Positions 39,991 through 50,940 are shown, numbered from the stretch's first letter. The stretch: DNA of 64,000 bases from an uncultured delta proteobacterium (GCA_963785235.1 CAWAUM010000010.1:32001-96000), one strand, 5' to 3'. Numbers and translations: made by a program. The notes: generated by a model from the sequence alone, not told the origin.

Positions 39991-41352
39991 ATGGGCAGAA
40001 TTATTGTAAGCAAATTCGGAGGCAGCTCCGTTGCAAATGCGAAACAGATTGAAAAGGTCAGGCAGATCGTCTTAGCGGATAAGGAAAGGCGCATCATCGT
40101 TGTCTCTGCCCCGGGCAAGGATGCCGGCGACCCGGAAAAGATCACGGATCACCTGTTTAATATCGCCACAGAAGGTGAGCACTTCAAGGTGCGGGGCAAG
40201 GGCATCAGTTCAAAAGAAAGCCATGACAGGGTAGTGGGTAAGTATAAAAGCCTCATCGGTGATCTGGCAATTGAGGGCAATGACATCATAGAAGACCTTG
40301 AGGCCGACTTGAACAGCACCATTAAAGGACGCAAGCGTATCGACTTCTTCGCCTCTCGGGGCGAGCACTACAGCGCCAAGGTCATTGACCGTTACTTCAG
40401 AAGCAAGGGCATGCCTACCGTGGTGAAACTGCCTGAAGATATAGGTTTTCTTGTATCAGACCGTTTCGGAAACGCAAAGGTGCTTTCCGCCACCCATATC
40501 AACCTGAAGGAAAACCTTACAGATGATTGTATAGCGATTATTCCAGGTTATTACGGCATCACCTTGAAAGGTGATATTGCAGTCTTTTCCCGGGGCGGTT
40601 CCGACCTTACCGGCGGAGATATAGCCTATGCAGTGGATGCAGCCCTCTATGAGAACTGGACAGACACCGATGGCGTCTTTCAGGTGGACCCGCGCATCAT
40701 ACCTGAGGCAAGGGTGATCCCTGAACTGACGTATAAAGAGATACGCCTTCTGTCTTCCCGCGGGTTCAATGTCTTCCACTTTGATGCCATGATAAACTGC
40801 AAGCACAAGAACATCCCTATCAATATCCGCAACACAAATAATCCAGGCGCACCGGGCACCATGATTGTTGGTTCCCGCATCCCTGAAGAAACGGTGGTGG
40901 GAATCGCCCGCATGGACGGCCTCGCCTATGTCTATCTGGAAAAAGACATGATCGGCGAGACCATAGGATTCACCATGGAACTGCTCGATATCTTCAAGGA
41001 CTTCAACATCAATACCCACCACTATCCATCAGACATGGACGATATAGCGGTTATTGTGGACCAGGTTGACCTTGTCGGCAAGATCGATGACATTACTGCA
41101 CTGATCAAACAGCAGCTCAATCCGGATTTTATTGATATACAGTCGAACTTGAGCCTCCTTTCACCTGTGGGCTCGGGCATGAAGGATACCCCCGGCGTGC
41201 TGGCCAAGGCCGCCGATGCCCTTTATCGGCAGGGCATCAATATCGAGGTGGTGGACCAGGGCCCTTCACAGATGAGCTTCCATTTCGGGATCAACCAGGC
41301 ACACGGTGATGCCGGCATCAGAGCGCTCTACAAAGACCTGCTGAAGAGATGA
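39991..41352 (+). CDS. lysC: Aspartate kinase
   Basis: KFGGSS, VVSAPGK, SRGE, FSRGGSD, WTDTDG..DPRI, ACT domains. Confidence 0.92.
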   Translation: MGRIIVSKFGGSSVANAKQIEKVRQIVLADKERRIIVVSAPGKDAGDPEKITDHLFNIATEGEHFKVRGKGISSKESHDRVVGKYKSLIGDLAIEGNDIIEDLEADLNSTIKGRKRIDFFASRGEHYSAKVIDRYFRSKGMPTVVKLPEDIGFLVSDRFGNAKVLSATHINLKENLTDDCIAIIPGYYGITLKGDIAVFSRGGSDLTGGDIAYAVDAALYENWTDTDGVFQVDPRIIPEARVIPELTYKEIRLLSSRGFNVFHFDAMINCKHKNIPINIRNTNNPGAPGTMIVGSRIPEETVVGIARMDGLAYVYLEKDMIGETIGFTMELLDIFKDFNINTHHYPSDMDDIAVIVDQVDLVGKIDDITALIKQQLNPDFIDIQSNLSLLSPVGSGMKDTPGVLAKAADALYRQGINIEVVDQGPSQMSFHFGINQAHGDAGIRALYKDLLKR

Positions 41353-41451
41353 AAAGGTATTCACCAAGCCTTCACAGGTCATTATTTTCAAGACAAATGT
41401 TCCTAATGAGTGATACCATATCATGTAAAGAATACACAAGGTGGGGGTTCT

Positions 41452-41769
41452 ATGCTCGTTGTCGTTGCAAAAATGAAGGCCAAACAAGGGAGAGAACAGG
41501 AGATGGAAGAAGCCCTGAGATGGATTATCCCACAGGTGGAATCCGAGGAAGGCACCTTGCAGTATATCCTCCACCGGGCAAAAAGAGAACCGGGAACGTT
41601 TCTCTTTTACGAGAAATACCGCGACAAGGCTGCCCTTACTACCCATGGCTCCACCCCCTACTTCGCAGAGCTCTTCGGGAAGATCGGACCCTTGCTCGAT
41701 GGTGATCCTTCAATAGAGATCTACGAGGATATCGCTTCGATCCAGGAGAAGATCTACCAGGCACCATAA
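41452..41769 (+). CDS. Putative quinol monooxygenase (ABM domain)
   Basis: EEGTLQYILH, FLFYEKY, HGSTPYF. Confidence 0.85.
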   Translation: MLVVVAKMKAKQGREQEMEEALRWIIPQVESEEGTLQYILHRAKREPGTFLFYEKYRDKAALTTHGSTPYFAELFGKIGPLLDGDPSIEIYEDIASIQEKIYQAP

Positions 41770-41904
41770 TGCCTTTTTAGAAGACCCTTCGAACGATTTT
41801 CTTGAATATCTGATCCTGATGAGGTTGAGAAATACCTGAGTCCTTTCTTCTTCCAGACGCACTCACTTAATTTTTTTCTGTAAAAGGTCGATGGAAGAAT
41901 AAGT

Positions 41905-42762
41905 ATGAACGTAATCATAGGAATAATTACAGTTCTTGGGTGTGTTTTCGGCGGATTCATGCTGGAACATGGTAATTTACATACACTTTTCCAGCCCGTT
42001 GAACTCCTTATTATCTTCGGCGCAGCTTTCGGCGCTATGATTATATCCTCTCCCATCAAGCTTCTCAAAGAGGTAGCCGTCTGCTTTAAGGGCATGTTTG
42101 CCCCAACGCATTACGATTCGAAAAAATTCATTGAGGTGCTCTCGCTCCTCTTTGAGATCTTCAACAAGATGCGCAAAGAAGGCATTATCGCCATAGAGGC
42201 CCATGTGGAAGAACCGAAAAAAAGCGAAATCTTCAAACGATATCCTGCAATCCTGAAGAATCAGCGTACTGTTGACTTTATCTGCGACAGCCTCAAGATC
42301 CTTCTCTCCATAGACATACCGCCGCATGAGTTCGACAACCTCCTGGAAGTGGACATCGAGGCCAACACCGAAGAAAAAAGCCACCCTCTTCACCGTATTG
42401 AGAAGATGGCCGATGCACTCCCGGGACTCGGTATCGTAGCTGCCGTACTCGGGGTTGTGCTCACCATGGGTAAAATGAGCGAGCCACCCGAGGTCCTTGG
42501 TGAGAGCGTCGGCGCTGCGCTTGTAGGGACCTTCCTCGGTGTTCTGCTGTGCTATGGTATTGTAGGACCTATGGCAACACTTATAGAGCACCACATCAAA
42601 GAGGAGGAAGCATATTATCAGGTAATCCGCATTGCCATAGTATCATATGTGGCACGCTCCATCCCGCAGATAGCTATAGAATTCGCCCGCAGGGCCATAC
42701 CCGAGAGCGTGAGGCCCGGATTCAGTGAACTCGAGAAGATCATGAAGGGCAAAGGCAAGTAA
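41905..42762 (+). CDS. motA: Flagellar motor stator A
   Basis: QPVELLIIFGAA, RKEGIIAIE, LPGLGIVAAVLG, GAALVGTFLG. Confidence 0.93.
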   Translation: MNVIIGIITVLGCVFGGFMLEHGNLHTLFQPVELLIIFGAAFGAMIISSPIKLLKEVAVCFKGMFAPTHYDSKKFIEVLSLLFEIFNKMRKEGIIAIEAHVEEPKKSEIFKRYPAILKNQRTVDFICDSLKILLSIDIPPHEFDNLLEVDIEANTEEKSHPLHRIEKMADALPGLGIVAAVLGVVLTMGKMSEPPEVLGESVGAALVGTFLGVLLCYGIVGPMATLIEHHIKEEEAYYQVIRIAIVSYVARSIPQIAIEFARRAIPESVRPGFSELEKIMKGKGK

Positions 42763-43595
42763 TGTCTGACGGCAAAGAACAGCCAGTCATCATTAAAAAA
42801 AATAAAAAAAAGGGGGCTGCTGCCCATGGCGGTTCGTGGAAGGTCGCCTATGCGGACTTCGTCACTGCCATGATGGCCTTCTTCCTGCTCATGTGGCTCC
42901 TGAACATGACCTCTGCACAGAAAAAGATCCAGCTCTCCCAATACTTCCAGAACTACTCCATCTTTGAAAAGGGCGGTGGCAGCGCCGTAGCCACACAACA
43001 GGACATGCCCGGCAAAGGCATGCTTGATATGGGAAAGGTCGTCAAACCCGCGCCTCAAACTACCATCAAGGCAAGCGAGCTTGCTGATAAGGTCAAGAAG
43101 CAGGTTCAAGAAAAGCTGACAGAATATCAGGACCGGGTGCTTGCCTTTGACGATAACGGCAATCTACGCATCGAGATCATCGACACCGGAGGAACATCGT
43201 TCTTCAATGTCGGCGGAACCGACCTCTCCGAGAGCGGAAAGACTCTCATCAAGGGGCTGGCTCCGGTGCTGAAAACCTTTGATAAGAAGATCATCATCGA
43301 GGGGCATACCGACTCTCTCGGATATACGGGAAAGGCCTTTACCAACTGGGAGCTTTCCACTCAGCGGGCCTCATCTGCCCGTGTTGAGCTTGAAAGGAAT
43401 GGGATACCTCAAAAGCAGATAGAGATGGTGGCCGGTTATGCCGACAGCAAACCATTCATTAAAAATAACCCGGCAGATCCTAAGAACCGCCGCATAAGCA
43501 TCGTAGTCGATTACAAGACATCAACAAAACAGCCCACCCCGGCCGAAAGCATGAAGAAACCAAAGCTCCCCGATTCACCACCCGGTCTGCAGTAA
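42762..43595 (+). CDS. motB: Flagellar motor stator B
   Basis: WKVAYADFVTAMMAFF, OmpA domain GHTD..NWELS..RA, NRRI. Confidence 0.93.
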   Translation: MSDGKEQPVIIKKNKKKGAAAHGGSWKVAYADFVTAMMAFFLLMWLLNMTSAQKKIQLSQYFQNYSIFEKGGGSAVATQQDMPGKGMLDMGKVVKPAPQTTIKASELADKVKKQVQEKLTEYQDRVLAFDDNGNLRIEIIDTGGTSFFNVGGTDLSESGKTLIKGLAPVLKTFDKKIIIEGHTDSLGYTGKAFTNWELSTQRASSARVELERNGIPQKQIEMVAGYADSKPFIKNNPADPKNRRISIVVDYKTSTKQPTPAESMKKPKLPDSPPGLQ

Positions 43596-43783
43596 ATATC
43601 CGCAAAGGCCCTGGCCAGGATCCAGACCACCAAGGATCATCCAGCAAGAAACAGGACTCCCTGCCCGGTAAATGGCGGCCTGTGAGAATAAAGCAAATTC
43701 AGGATATGTTTTTATCTTGGCTCTTTACAAAGCTCACATCTTTAAGTGATCATGTCCCCATGTCAAAAAAGGATGGTGCGGTC

Positions 43784-44305
43784 ATGGAAGGATGGACTGA
43801 TAAAGAGATCAGAGACAAGAATCTCATGGCCCCCTGCGGCCTCTATTGCGGTGTCTGCGGTGTATATATCGCCACACGCGATAACAATGAAAAGTTCAAG
43901 ACCGTCATGGGGAACCTCTATGGGACCAAGCCCGAAGAGACACAGTGTCTGGGGTGCATGCAGCCTGATCCGCCCAGGAAGCTCTATGGCTATTGCTCCA
44001 TGTGCACTATCCGGGATTGTGTCAGATCCAAAGGTTTCTACTCATGCCACCAGTGCACGGACTGGCCATGCTCCCGAATATCCGGCTTCGGACTTGAAAC
44101 GGGTAAACGGGTGATGATGAAAACCATCCCCATCTGGCGCGAAAAGGTTGCCCTGCTTGGCGACGAGGAAGGCAGTGTGGAATGGTCCCGTTCGGTTTGT
44201 GAGCGCTACCATTGCCCTACGTGCAAAAAGCCCCTCTTCAGGGGGGCGCAGCGTTGCCGTGAATGCAAATCTCAAGTTGCCGACGACCTAGACGGATCAT
44301 TATAA
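43784..44305 (+). CDS. Cys-rich DUF3795-like protein
   Basis: APCGLYCGVC, CLGC, C.IRDC, CHQC..WPC, C-terminal zinc ribbon. Confidence 0.8.
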   Translation: MEGWTDKEIRDKNLMAPCGLYCGVCGVYIATRDNNEKFKTVMGNLYGTKPEETQCLGCMQPDPPRKLYGYCSMCTIRDCVRSKGFYSCHQCTDWPCSRISGFGLETGKRVMMKTIPIWREKVALLGDEEGSVEWSRSVCERYHCPTCKKPLFRGAQRCRECKSQVADDLDGSL

Positions 44306-44326
44306 AAAAAGAGCTGTTGAGGGATT

Positions 44327-44833
44327 ATGGCAGAAATAATCCGCAGGTGTACTGATATGGATCTTCATGCAATCTTCGAGATCATCAACGACGCAGCATC
44401 CGCATATAAAGGTGTTATCCCGCCGGACCGGTGGCACGACCCATACATGAGCCAGGATCAGCTTCGCCATGAAATAGATGCCGGGGTCAGGTTCTGGGGT
44501 CTTGATAATGATAATGAGCTTGCCGGGGTTATGGGCATCCAGGACAAGGGTGAGGTAACTCTTTTGCGGCATGCATACGTGAGAACGGCCTTGAGGAATA
44601 AGGGCATTGGCACCAGGCTCTTGAAGCACCTGGAACCCATGAGCGACAAACCGATACTCATAGGCACCTGGGCTGCAGCGGACTGGGCTGTGCAATTCTA
44701 CCAGAAAAACGGCTACTGCCTGGTGAGCATTGAAGAGAAGAACAGGTTGCTCCGGCAATACTGGTCCATACCCGAGCGGCAGGTGGAGACATCCGTAGTG
44801 CTTGCAAACAGACCCTTTCCCGTTCTTTCTTGA
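44327..44833 (+). CDS. GNAT N-acetyltransferase
   Basis: RHAYV, RNKGIG, AVQFYQKNG. Confidence 0.9.
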   Translation: MAEIIRRCTDMDLHAIFEIINDAASAYKGVIPPDRWHDPYMSQDQLRHEIDAGVRFWGLDNDNELAGVMGIQDKGEVTLLRHAYVRTALRNKGIGTRLLKHLEPMSDKPILIGTWAAADWAVQFYQKNGYCLVSIEEKNRLLRQYWSIPERQVETSVVLANRPFPVLS

Positions 44834-44858
44834 AAAATTTGAAAGGAGAAATCCAACA

Positions 44859-45248
44859 GTGGACATCCCTACGATCATCATACTGCTCACCATAGGATCA
44901 GCTGCCGGTATCCTGGCCGGTCTCTTCGGTGTCGGAGGCGGTGTCATCATAGTGCCTGCGCTGATCCTTGTACTGGGCTTTTCCGAGCATAAGGCCACAG
45001 GGACAAGTCTGGCAGTTCTCCTCCCGCCCATAGGCATTGCCGCATTCCTGGAATATTACCGCCACCAGAATGTGGACATACCCGCCGCCCTGATCATAGC
45101 CGCTGCCGCCATCATCGGTGCCTGGCTTGGGGCGCTCATGGCGAACCGTCTCTCTGCGCCATTGCTGAGGCTTACCTTTGGGCTCTTTATCATGGGCATG
45201 GGGATATACCTGGTGTACGGTGCCATTAAAAGGCTGGGGTGGGTATAA
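44859..45248 (+). CDS. TauE/SafE (TSUP) family membrane protein, single repeat
   Basis: GTG start with RBS AAGGAG; GLFGVGGGVIIVP, ATGTSL. Confidence 0.85.
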   Translation: MDIPTIIILLTIGSAAGILAGLFGVGGGVIIVPALILVLGFSEHKATGTSLAVLLPPIGIAAFLEYYRHQNVDIPAALIIAAAAIIGAWLGALMANRLSAPLLRLTFGLFIMGMGIYLVYGAIKRLGWV

Positions 45249-45344
45249 GGCATATCACAAGAAATACCACCTTTATCATACAGATGAATAAAGTTTGTTT
45301 TGGACCGATGCAGCTTATTCCGATACGCCATGTAAGGAGCTACC

Positions 45345-46241
45345 ATGGATAAGGTTTCCCACGAGATTCTTTTAGACAGCCTGTTCGATGGCGTTTATTT
45401 CGTTGACCCGGACAAGAGAATCACCTTCTGGAACAAGGCAGCCGAGAGGATAACGGGCTACAGCAAGGAAGAGGTCATCGGGTCGCGCTGCTCGGACAAC
45501 CTTTTGCGTCATGTTGACGAGAAGGGTCATGAACTCTGTCTTGCAGGTTGCCCCCTTGCTGCAACAATTCAGGACAGCGGCATTCGGGAGGCCCATGTCT
45601 ATCTTCACCACAAACAGGGGCACCGTGTACCGGTTTCTGTCAGAACGTCCCCGGTCAGGGATGAAGATGGTATGGTCATAGGCGGTGTTGAGATATTTTC
45701 AGACAATTCGAACCTCCTCCAGATCCTGCGCGATATGGAGCGTCTCAAAAAAGAGGCCTATGTTGATGAACTCACAAACGTTGGAAACCGAAGATTCTGC
45801 GAAATGACCCTCCAGACAAGGATATTTGAGCTGAAGAACTTCGGAATTCCCTTGGGTATCATCTTCCTGGATCTGGATAACTTCAAGCAATGCAATGATG
45901 TTCATGGACATGTTACAGGCGATGAAATGCTTATCATGACGGGCAGGACCATCACCAACATCCTTCGGAGGATGGACTCCATCTCCCGCTGGGGAGGAGA
46001 GGAATTCGTAGTCATCCTGCCGCATATCGATGTTGGGATCTTACAGGAAGTCTCAGAGAGGATGAGGGCATTCATCGAAAGCGGCTATCTCGTCTCCGGC
46101 GGTAAGAGGCTTAACATAACAGCCTCCATCGGGGCCACCATGGCCTTGCTCGAAGATACCCCCTCATCCATTATCCAGCGGGCCGACCGGTTGATGTATG
46201 AGAGCAAGGCATCAGGTAAAAACCGGGTGACCCTGGGATAG
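45345..46241 (+). CDS. PAS-GGDEF diguanylate cyclase
   Basis: PAS domain, DLDNFK..ND..GH..GD, RxxD I-site then WGGEEF. Confidence 0.93.
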   Translation: MDKVSHEILLDSLFDGVYFVDPDKRITFWNKAAERITGYSKEEVIGSRCSDNLLRHVDEKGHELCLAGCPLAATIQDSGIREAHVYLHHKQGHRVPVSVRTSPVRDEDGMVIGGVEIFSDNSNLLQILRDMERLKKEAYVDELTNVGNRRFCEMTLQTRIFELKNFGIPLGIIFLDLDNFKQCNDVHGHVTGDEMLIMTGRTITNILRRMDSISRWGGEEFVVILPHIDVGILQEVSERMRAFIESGYLVSGGKRLNITASIGATMALLEDTPSSIIQRADRLMYESKASGKNRVTLG

Positions 46242-46358
46242 AACAAGGATATATTTAAAGCTTCATACCTCAATGTACAACAATTTGCCTATCCATAATC
46301 TTGACTCACCTGGGGAATTGGGGCACAACCAATAAAACAATTCGCAAGGAGATCAGCC

Positions 46359-47657
46359 ATGGCGCGTGTACTGTTCGAAGACACTGCTCAAGGATTGGAT
46401 AAAGCGGTCGCTCTTCTCTTTGATGCCTTCGGGGGGGCAAACAGACTGTTGAAGCCCTCCAGAGATGTCTATCTCAAGGTAAACGGCATCGACTTCAAAC
46501 CGCACGTGTACACCTCCCCCCAGGTGGTTGCAGCAGCGGTGAGCTACTTCAGGGCTCATGGCGCCCGGAACGTCTATGTAATGGAAAACAGCACACAGGG
46601 CAACTTCACCAGGCTCGTCTACGAGATAACAGGCATGAAACGGATGTGTGAAGAAACAGGGGCCACGCCCATCTACCTTGACGAAACGGCTGAGATGCCG
46701 CTCTACCTGGAAAAGTTACAGACCTTCATCAATATTCCGGACTTCATCCATGAGAACCTCATCAGGAAAAGGGCGGAAAACCTCTATATATCCATACCCA
46801 AGCTCAAAAGTCATTCCATGACCACAGTAACGCTCGGCATCAAGAACCAGTTCGGGCTTGTCCACCAGAAGAGCCGCATTGCCGACCACAACTTCAAGCT
46901 TCACCAGAAGATCGCAGACATCTACGCCAACATCAGGCCCGACTTCACCCTCATCGATGGCATTGAGGCAACCAACTACGGGCACTATCCGCCCCTGAAA
47001 CAGGAGGGAATTTGCGTAATTCCGCTGAATGTACTTATCGGGGGTGACGATCCCATGGCCGTGGATGTCGCAGCTGCTAAATTCATCGGTTTCAGCTTAG
47101 AAGAGGTTCAGCATCTGAAGCTCGCTGCCGAATACGGATTCGGCGAGTCGAACTTTGAGAAGATAACCATCGAAAACCGTGACATCTTCGAGACCCGCAA
47201 ACAGCATTTCTCCTGGGACCTCCTGGAAAAGTTCCCGGAAGGGGTTAGGATTATCCGCGGCAAGACCATGTGCTGCAGGGAAGGATGCAAGCGGAACACA
47301 GAAGCGGTCCTCGAGGTGTTCGGGCAGGACTATGCCGGCAAGGGAGGATTCACTATCCTCATGGGCAAGGGGATTGACAAGGCGGAAGCTGCAGGCATAA
47401 CCGGAGCGGTGCACATTGCAGGCGACTGCGCCATGGCAGAGTGCTATCAGGAGCTGAAAGGCAGACTCGGCACGCGCAAGGTCACGGTTTCGCCCGGGTG
47501 CAACAACCTGGCAAAAACCATCGATGGCCTGGGAAAGCTGATGAAGATCCCTCCATTACGGTTCGTGCCCATCAACCCGCTCAAATCCCTGGCCCTGCTC
47601 CTGGAGGCGCACCTGCACGGTACCAAGGCGAATATTACGGATGTGTTCAGGTTATAG
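46359..47657 (+). CDS. DUF362-family protein
   Basis: VYLKVN, PKLKSH, TLGIKNQFG, DPMAVD, Cys-containing C-terminus. Confidence 0.8.
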   Translation: MARVLFEDTAQGLDKAVALLFDAFGGANRLLKPSRDVYLKVNGIDFKPHVYTSPQVVAAAVSYFRAHGARNVYVMENSTQGNFTRLVYEITGMKRMCEETGATPIYLDETAEMPLYLEKLQTFINIPDFIHENLIRKRAENLYISIPKLKSHSMTTVTLGIKNQFGLVHQKSRIADHNFKLHQKIADIYANIRPDFTLIDGIEATNYGHYPPLKQEGICVIPLNVLIGGDDPMAVDVAAAKFIGFSLEEVQHLKLAAEYGFGESNFEKITIENRDIFETRKQHFSWDLLEKFPEGVRIIRGKTMCCREGCKRNTEAVLEVFGQDYAGKGGFTILMGKGIDKAEAAGITGAVHIAGDCAMAECYQELKGRLGTRKVTVSPGCNNLAKTIDGLGKLMKIPPLRFVPINPLKSLALLLEAHLHGTKANITDVFRL

Positions 47658-47748
47658 GAGCACTCCCGGCAAGAGAGCTCCCAACAGCTAAAGATTCTTC
47701 TCAGAACTCCGGAACCTTTTCATACACCTCGCACCACAGCGGATACTC

Positions 47749-47803
47749 TCAACCTTAAAGGTTGAATTTAACCTTTGACAAGAGCACGAGAACCATCTAA
47801 CCT
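47749..47803 (+). promoter_or_regulatory. Sigma-70 promoter with upstream palindromic operator
   Basis: TCAACCTT-A-AAGGTTGA (47749-47765); TTGACA (47775) -17 nt- TAACCT (47798). Confidence 0.65.
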
Positions 47804-47828
47804 TTGGGGACCAAGGAGGATGCAAGCC

Positions 47829-48653
47829 ATGACAACCAGCTATAAGTTTTATAAAGTGGAGAAGAAAGACACCATCGCATGGGTCTTCCTGAACAGGCCT
47901 GAAAAGAAAAACGCCATGGGACCGGACGCATGGAAAGAGATCATCCCCATCTTTGCAGACATCGATTCCGATGATGACATCCGGGTGGCCATCATCGCAG
48001 GCGAGGGCAAAGACTTCAGCACAGGAATCGACATCATGGGAATGGCCCCCATGATTCCTACCATGAAGAACTGGGACATGAGCGCCAAGGGAAAGGTAAA
48101 GCTGTTTCATGACATCTTCCCGCTGCAGGAGGCCATGACCTGCGTGGAGAAATGCTCGAAACCCGTCATATGCTGCTTCCACGGGTACTGTATAGGTGCG
48201 GCCCTTGATCTGGGAAGCGCCTGCGATATCCGCCTTGCAGCCGTCGATGCCAAGATCTCTCTGCGCGAGGCCGCGGTGTCTTTCATCGCCGATGTGGGAG
48301 TACTCCAGCGCCTGCCGCACATCGTGGGCCAGGGCATCACCCGTGAGATGGCCTTTACGGCAAAGTTCATGGATTCAAAACGTGCCAGGGAAGTGAACCT
48401 GGTCAATGAAGTATATCCTGATAAGGAAGCGCTTCTAAAGGGCGCGCAGTCACTTGCCCTTGAGATAGCCCAGCAGGCCCCGCTTGCCGTGCAGGGGGCC
48501 AAAGAGGTACTGAATTTCTGCCGAGGCAAGGGCATGGCGGATGGACTCGAGTATGTGGCAGCACGAAGCGCCATGATTCTCCCTTCCGAGGATATGGCAG
48601 AGACAATGACTGCATTCATGGAAAAGAGACCCCCGGTATACAAGGGGAAATAA
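47829..48653 (+). CDS. Crotonase / enoyl-CoA hydratase family protein
   Basis: LNRPEKKNAM, FSTGID, KPVI...HGYCIG, ADVGVLQRLP; RBS AAGGAGG. Confidence 0.92.
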   Translation: MTTSYKFYKVEKKDTIAWVFLNRPEKKNAMGPDAWKEIIPIFADIDSDDDIRVAIIAGEGKDFSTGIDIMGMAPMIPTMKNWDMSAKGKVKLFHDIFPLQEAMTCVEKCSKPVICCFHGYCIGAALDLGSACDIRLAAVDAKISLREAAVSFIADVGVLQRLPHIVGQGITREMAFTAKFMDSKRAREVNLVNEVYPDKEALLKGAQSLALEIAQQAPLAVQGAKEVLNFCRGKGMADGLEYVAARSAMILPSEDMAETMTAFMEKRPPVYKGK

Positions 48654-48700
48654 TCATATAAATTATTTTTCCCTATAAAACGCCTCTCATAGTGACACGC

Positions 48701-48738
48701 AAGAACCCCCGAACCTCAGCCGGGGGTTCTTCTTTTTA
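48701..48738 (+). terminator. Rho-independent terminator
   Basis: AAGAACCCCCG...CGGGGGTTCTT then T-run. Confidence 0.85.
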
Positions 48739-48896
48739 TTAATGATCTGTAAGGATATCAGGCATCAAGCTGATGAATTTCAAAACCGTACTTAGTAACT
48801 GATTGTTATCAGTATGATTTTAACTCCACAAATGTCGTAGTCAGTTGAGTACAAACCCTAAAGTTTATCATCTAGGATATCCGATGAGAACTTTAG

Positions 48897-49942
48897 ATGG
48901 AAAAGAGAGAGAGCAAAAGAAAAAGAACCCATGAACTGGGAAGAACTCCATGCCAAAACAAGGATAGGAGATCAATCCTTTCTGTTCCCGGTGGTTGATA
49001 TCTCCATCGGTGGTATCGGGTTACTCGTGGCCGACGGGTATTCGCTGCTTCATGTGGGCACCCGCATCGAGATCGAATCCCTTGAGAAAAAGGGCACAAC
49101 CATCGCCACAAAAATTTCCGGTCGTGTCGCATACCTGGGCATGGGTGTACCATCACGCGTGGGAATTGATTTTTCCCCGGCCGATACCCCTATCGAGGCA
49201 TTTGCGCAACTGAACGAAGCCGTCCCGGATACGGGAAGGATTATAACCGACAAGGACAAGATTCTGCATATCTTCGAGAATATCAAGACCTTCTCCCGGG
49301 GCTTCGGCGATATGCTCATGATCCATCGCCACAAGGCAATCCCTGCAGAATTCTTCTATCTAAGGCCCGAGCAGGAAAACATGGTGTTGCGCATTGTAAG
49401 GGTTTCGGAACTCAAGCTCCCCTATGAACCCCAGGTGGATATGGTTTACCCATTCTATATCTTCAAGGGCGTGGATGTCATGCTGTTCACTGCCAAGGTC
49501 CAGGATATCATCAAGAATATCATGGAGACAACGTGGCCCGATACCCTGAGGTACATCAGCAGGCGCAGCGTTCTCAGATACTTCGTAACCGGTCAGGAAC
49601 CGATCACCGCCACTATCATCCATCCCTTAAATGCTGAAAAGATCAAGGTCCTCATCTGGGATATCAGCATAGAAGGAATGGGGGTGGAGATATTGAACGA
49701 CAAGACCCCGCTTATTGAGGGCATGAACCTGTCCACCATCTGGATCGATCTTCCCAAAGGGCCGGTGAAGACCATGGGCGTTGTGCGGTCGGTCAGGATG
49801 TGAGGGTCTGCTTGACAAGACACAGGTCGGTATCGAATTCCTGGGTGGTACGGACCATTACCAGGACAATATCCTGAAGTTCATCCTGGAAGCGGATCTG
49901 CCTTCAGAGGTCATCCTGAAGCAGGCGAATCACACCCGGTAA
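48897..49942 (+). CDS. Double PilZ-domain protein (frameshifts ~48922 and ~49800)
   Basis: Reconstructed MEKRESKRK (RxxxR) + DISIGG; second RRSVLR + DISIEG; C-terminus continues ...TQVGIEF...NHTR* at 49942. Confidence 0.75.
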
Positions 49943-50940
49943 TATTCCCGGTACCACTGAACAAACCGTTTGATTCCCTGTCTCCACCGTGATCTGCGGC
50001 CTGAAATGTACCGCCGCCTCGAGATCCAATGCATCGGCAACAGTGTCCTTCACGTCCCCCTTCTGGAGAGGGAGCATATTCTTCTTTGCCTTTTTGCCCA
50101 ACTCATTCTCCAACAGGCCTATGAAGTGCATAAGCTCAACTGGCTGTGAACCTCCAATATTATAGACCTTATAAGGGGCAAAACTACTGCCCGGGTCCGG
50201 GTGCCGGCCATCCCACCCCTCATTGGGTTTCGGGATCACGCTTATCACCCTCACAATACCTTCTATAATGTCATCTACATACGTGAAGTCGCGTCTCATT
50301 TCCCCAAAATTGTAGATATCGATTGGCATCATCTTCCAAGATGGCCTTGGTGAACTTGAACAGCGCCATGTCGGGCCTGCCCCAGGGTCCGTAGACCGTA
50401 AAGAACCTGAGTCCTGTACAGGCAAGACCATACAGGCCCGCATACGTGTGGGCCATGAGCTCATTGGCCTTTTTTGTTGCAGCATAGAGTGATATGGGGT
50501 GATCCACATTGTCGTGCACTGAAAAGGGCATCTTCGAGTTGGCCCCATAGACCGATGAAGAAGATGCATAGATGAGGTGAGGAACAGCGGCATGCCTGCA
50601 TCCTTCCAGGATGTGAAGAAAGCCCACCAGATTGGAATCCACATAGACATGAGGGTTTTCAATGCTGTGACGCACACCTGCCTGGGCCGCCAGGTGTACC
50701 ACAACATCAAATTGTTCGTCCTGAAAAACCTTCTCCATGCCGGACCGGTTCGTAAGATCCATTTTCTCAAACCTGAAGCCTTGATTGGGCTCGAGAATGG
50801 CCAATCTGTCGTGCTTGAGCGTAGGGTCGTAATACGGATTCAGGTTGTCTATGCCGAATACGCTTGCCCCATCTGTCGAGCAGCCGCCTGGCAAGGTGAA
50901 AACCGATAAATCCTGCAACCCCGGTTACAAATACCTTCAT
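49930..50940 (-). CDS. NAD-dependent epimerase, UDP-glucuronate 4-epimerase-like (several frameshifts)
   Basis: [43 protein letters not shown] spread over three ORF fragments. Confidence 0.88.

Noticed and set aside
41905-43595. MotAB as Zorya (ZorAB) anti-phage system
   Set aside because: Canonical stator motifs and lengths, no long ZorA tail, no ZorC/D/E genes.
45289-45311. Sigma-28 promoter before the diguanylate cyclase
   Set aside because: TAAA to ACCGATGC spacer is 11 nt instead of 15.
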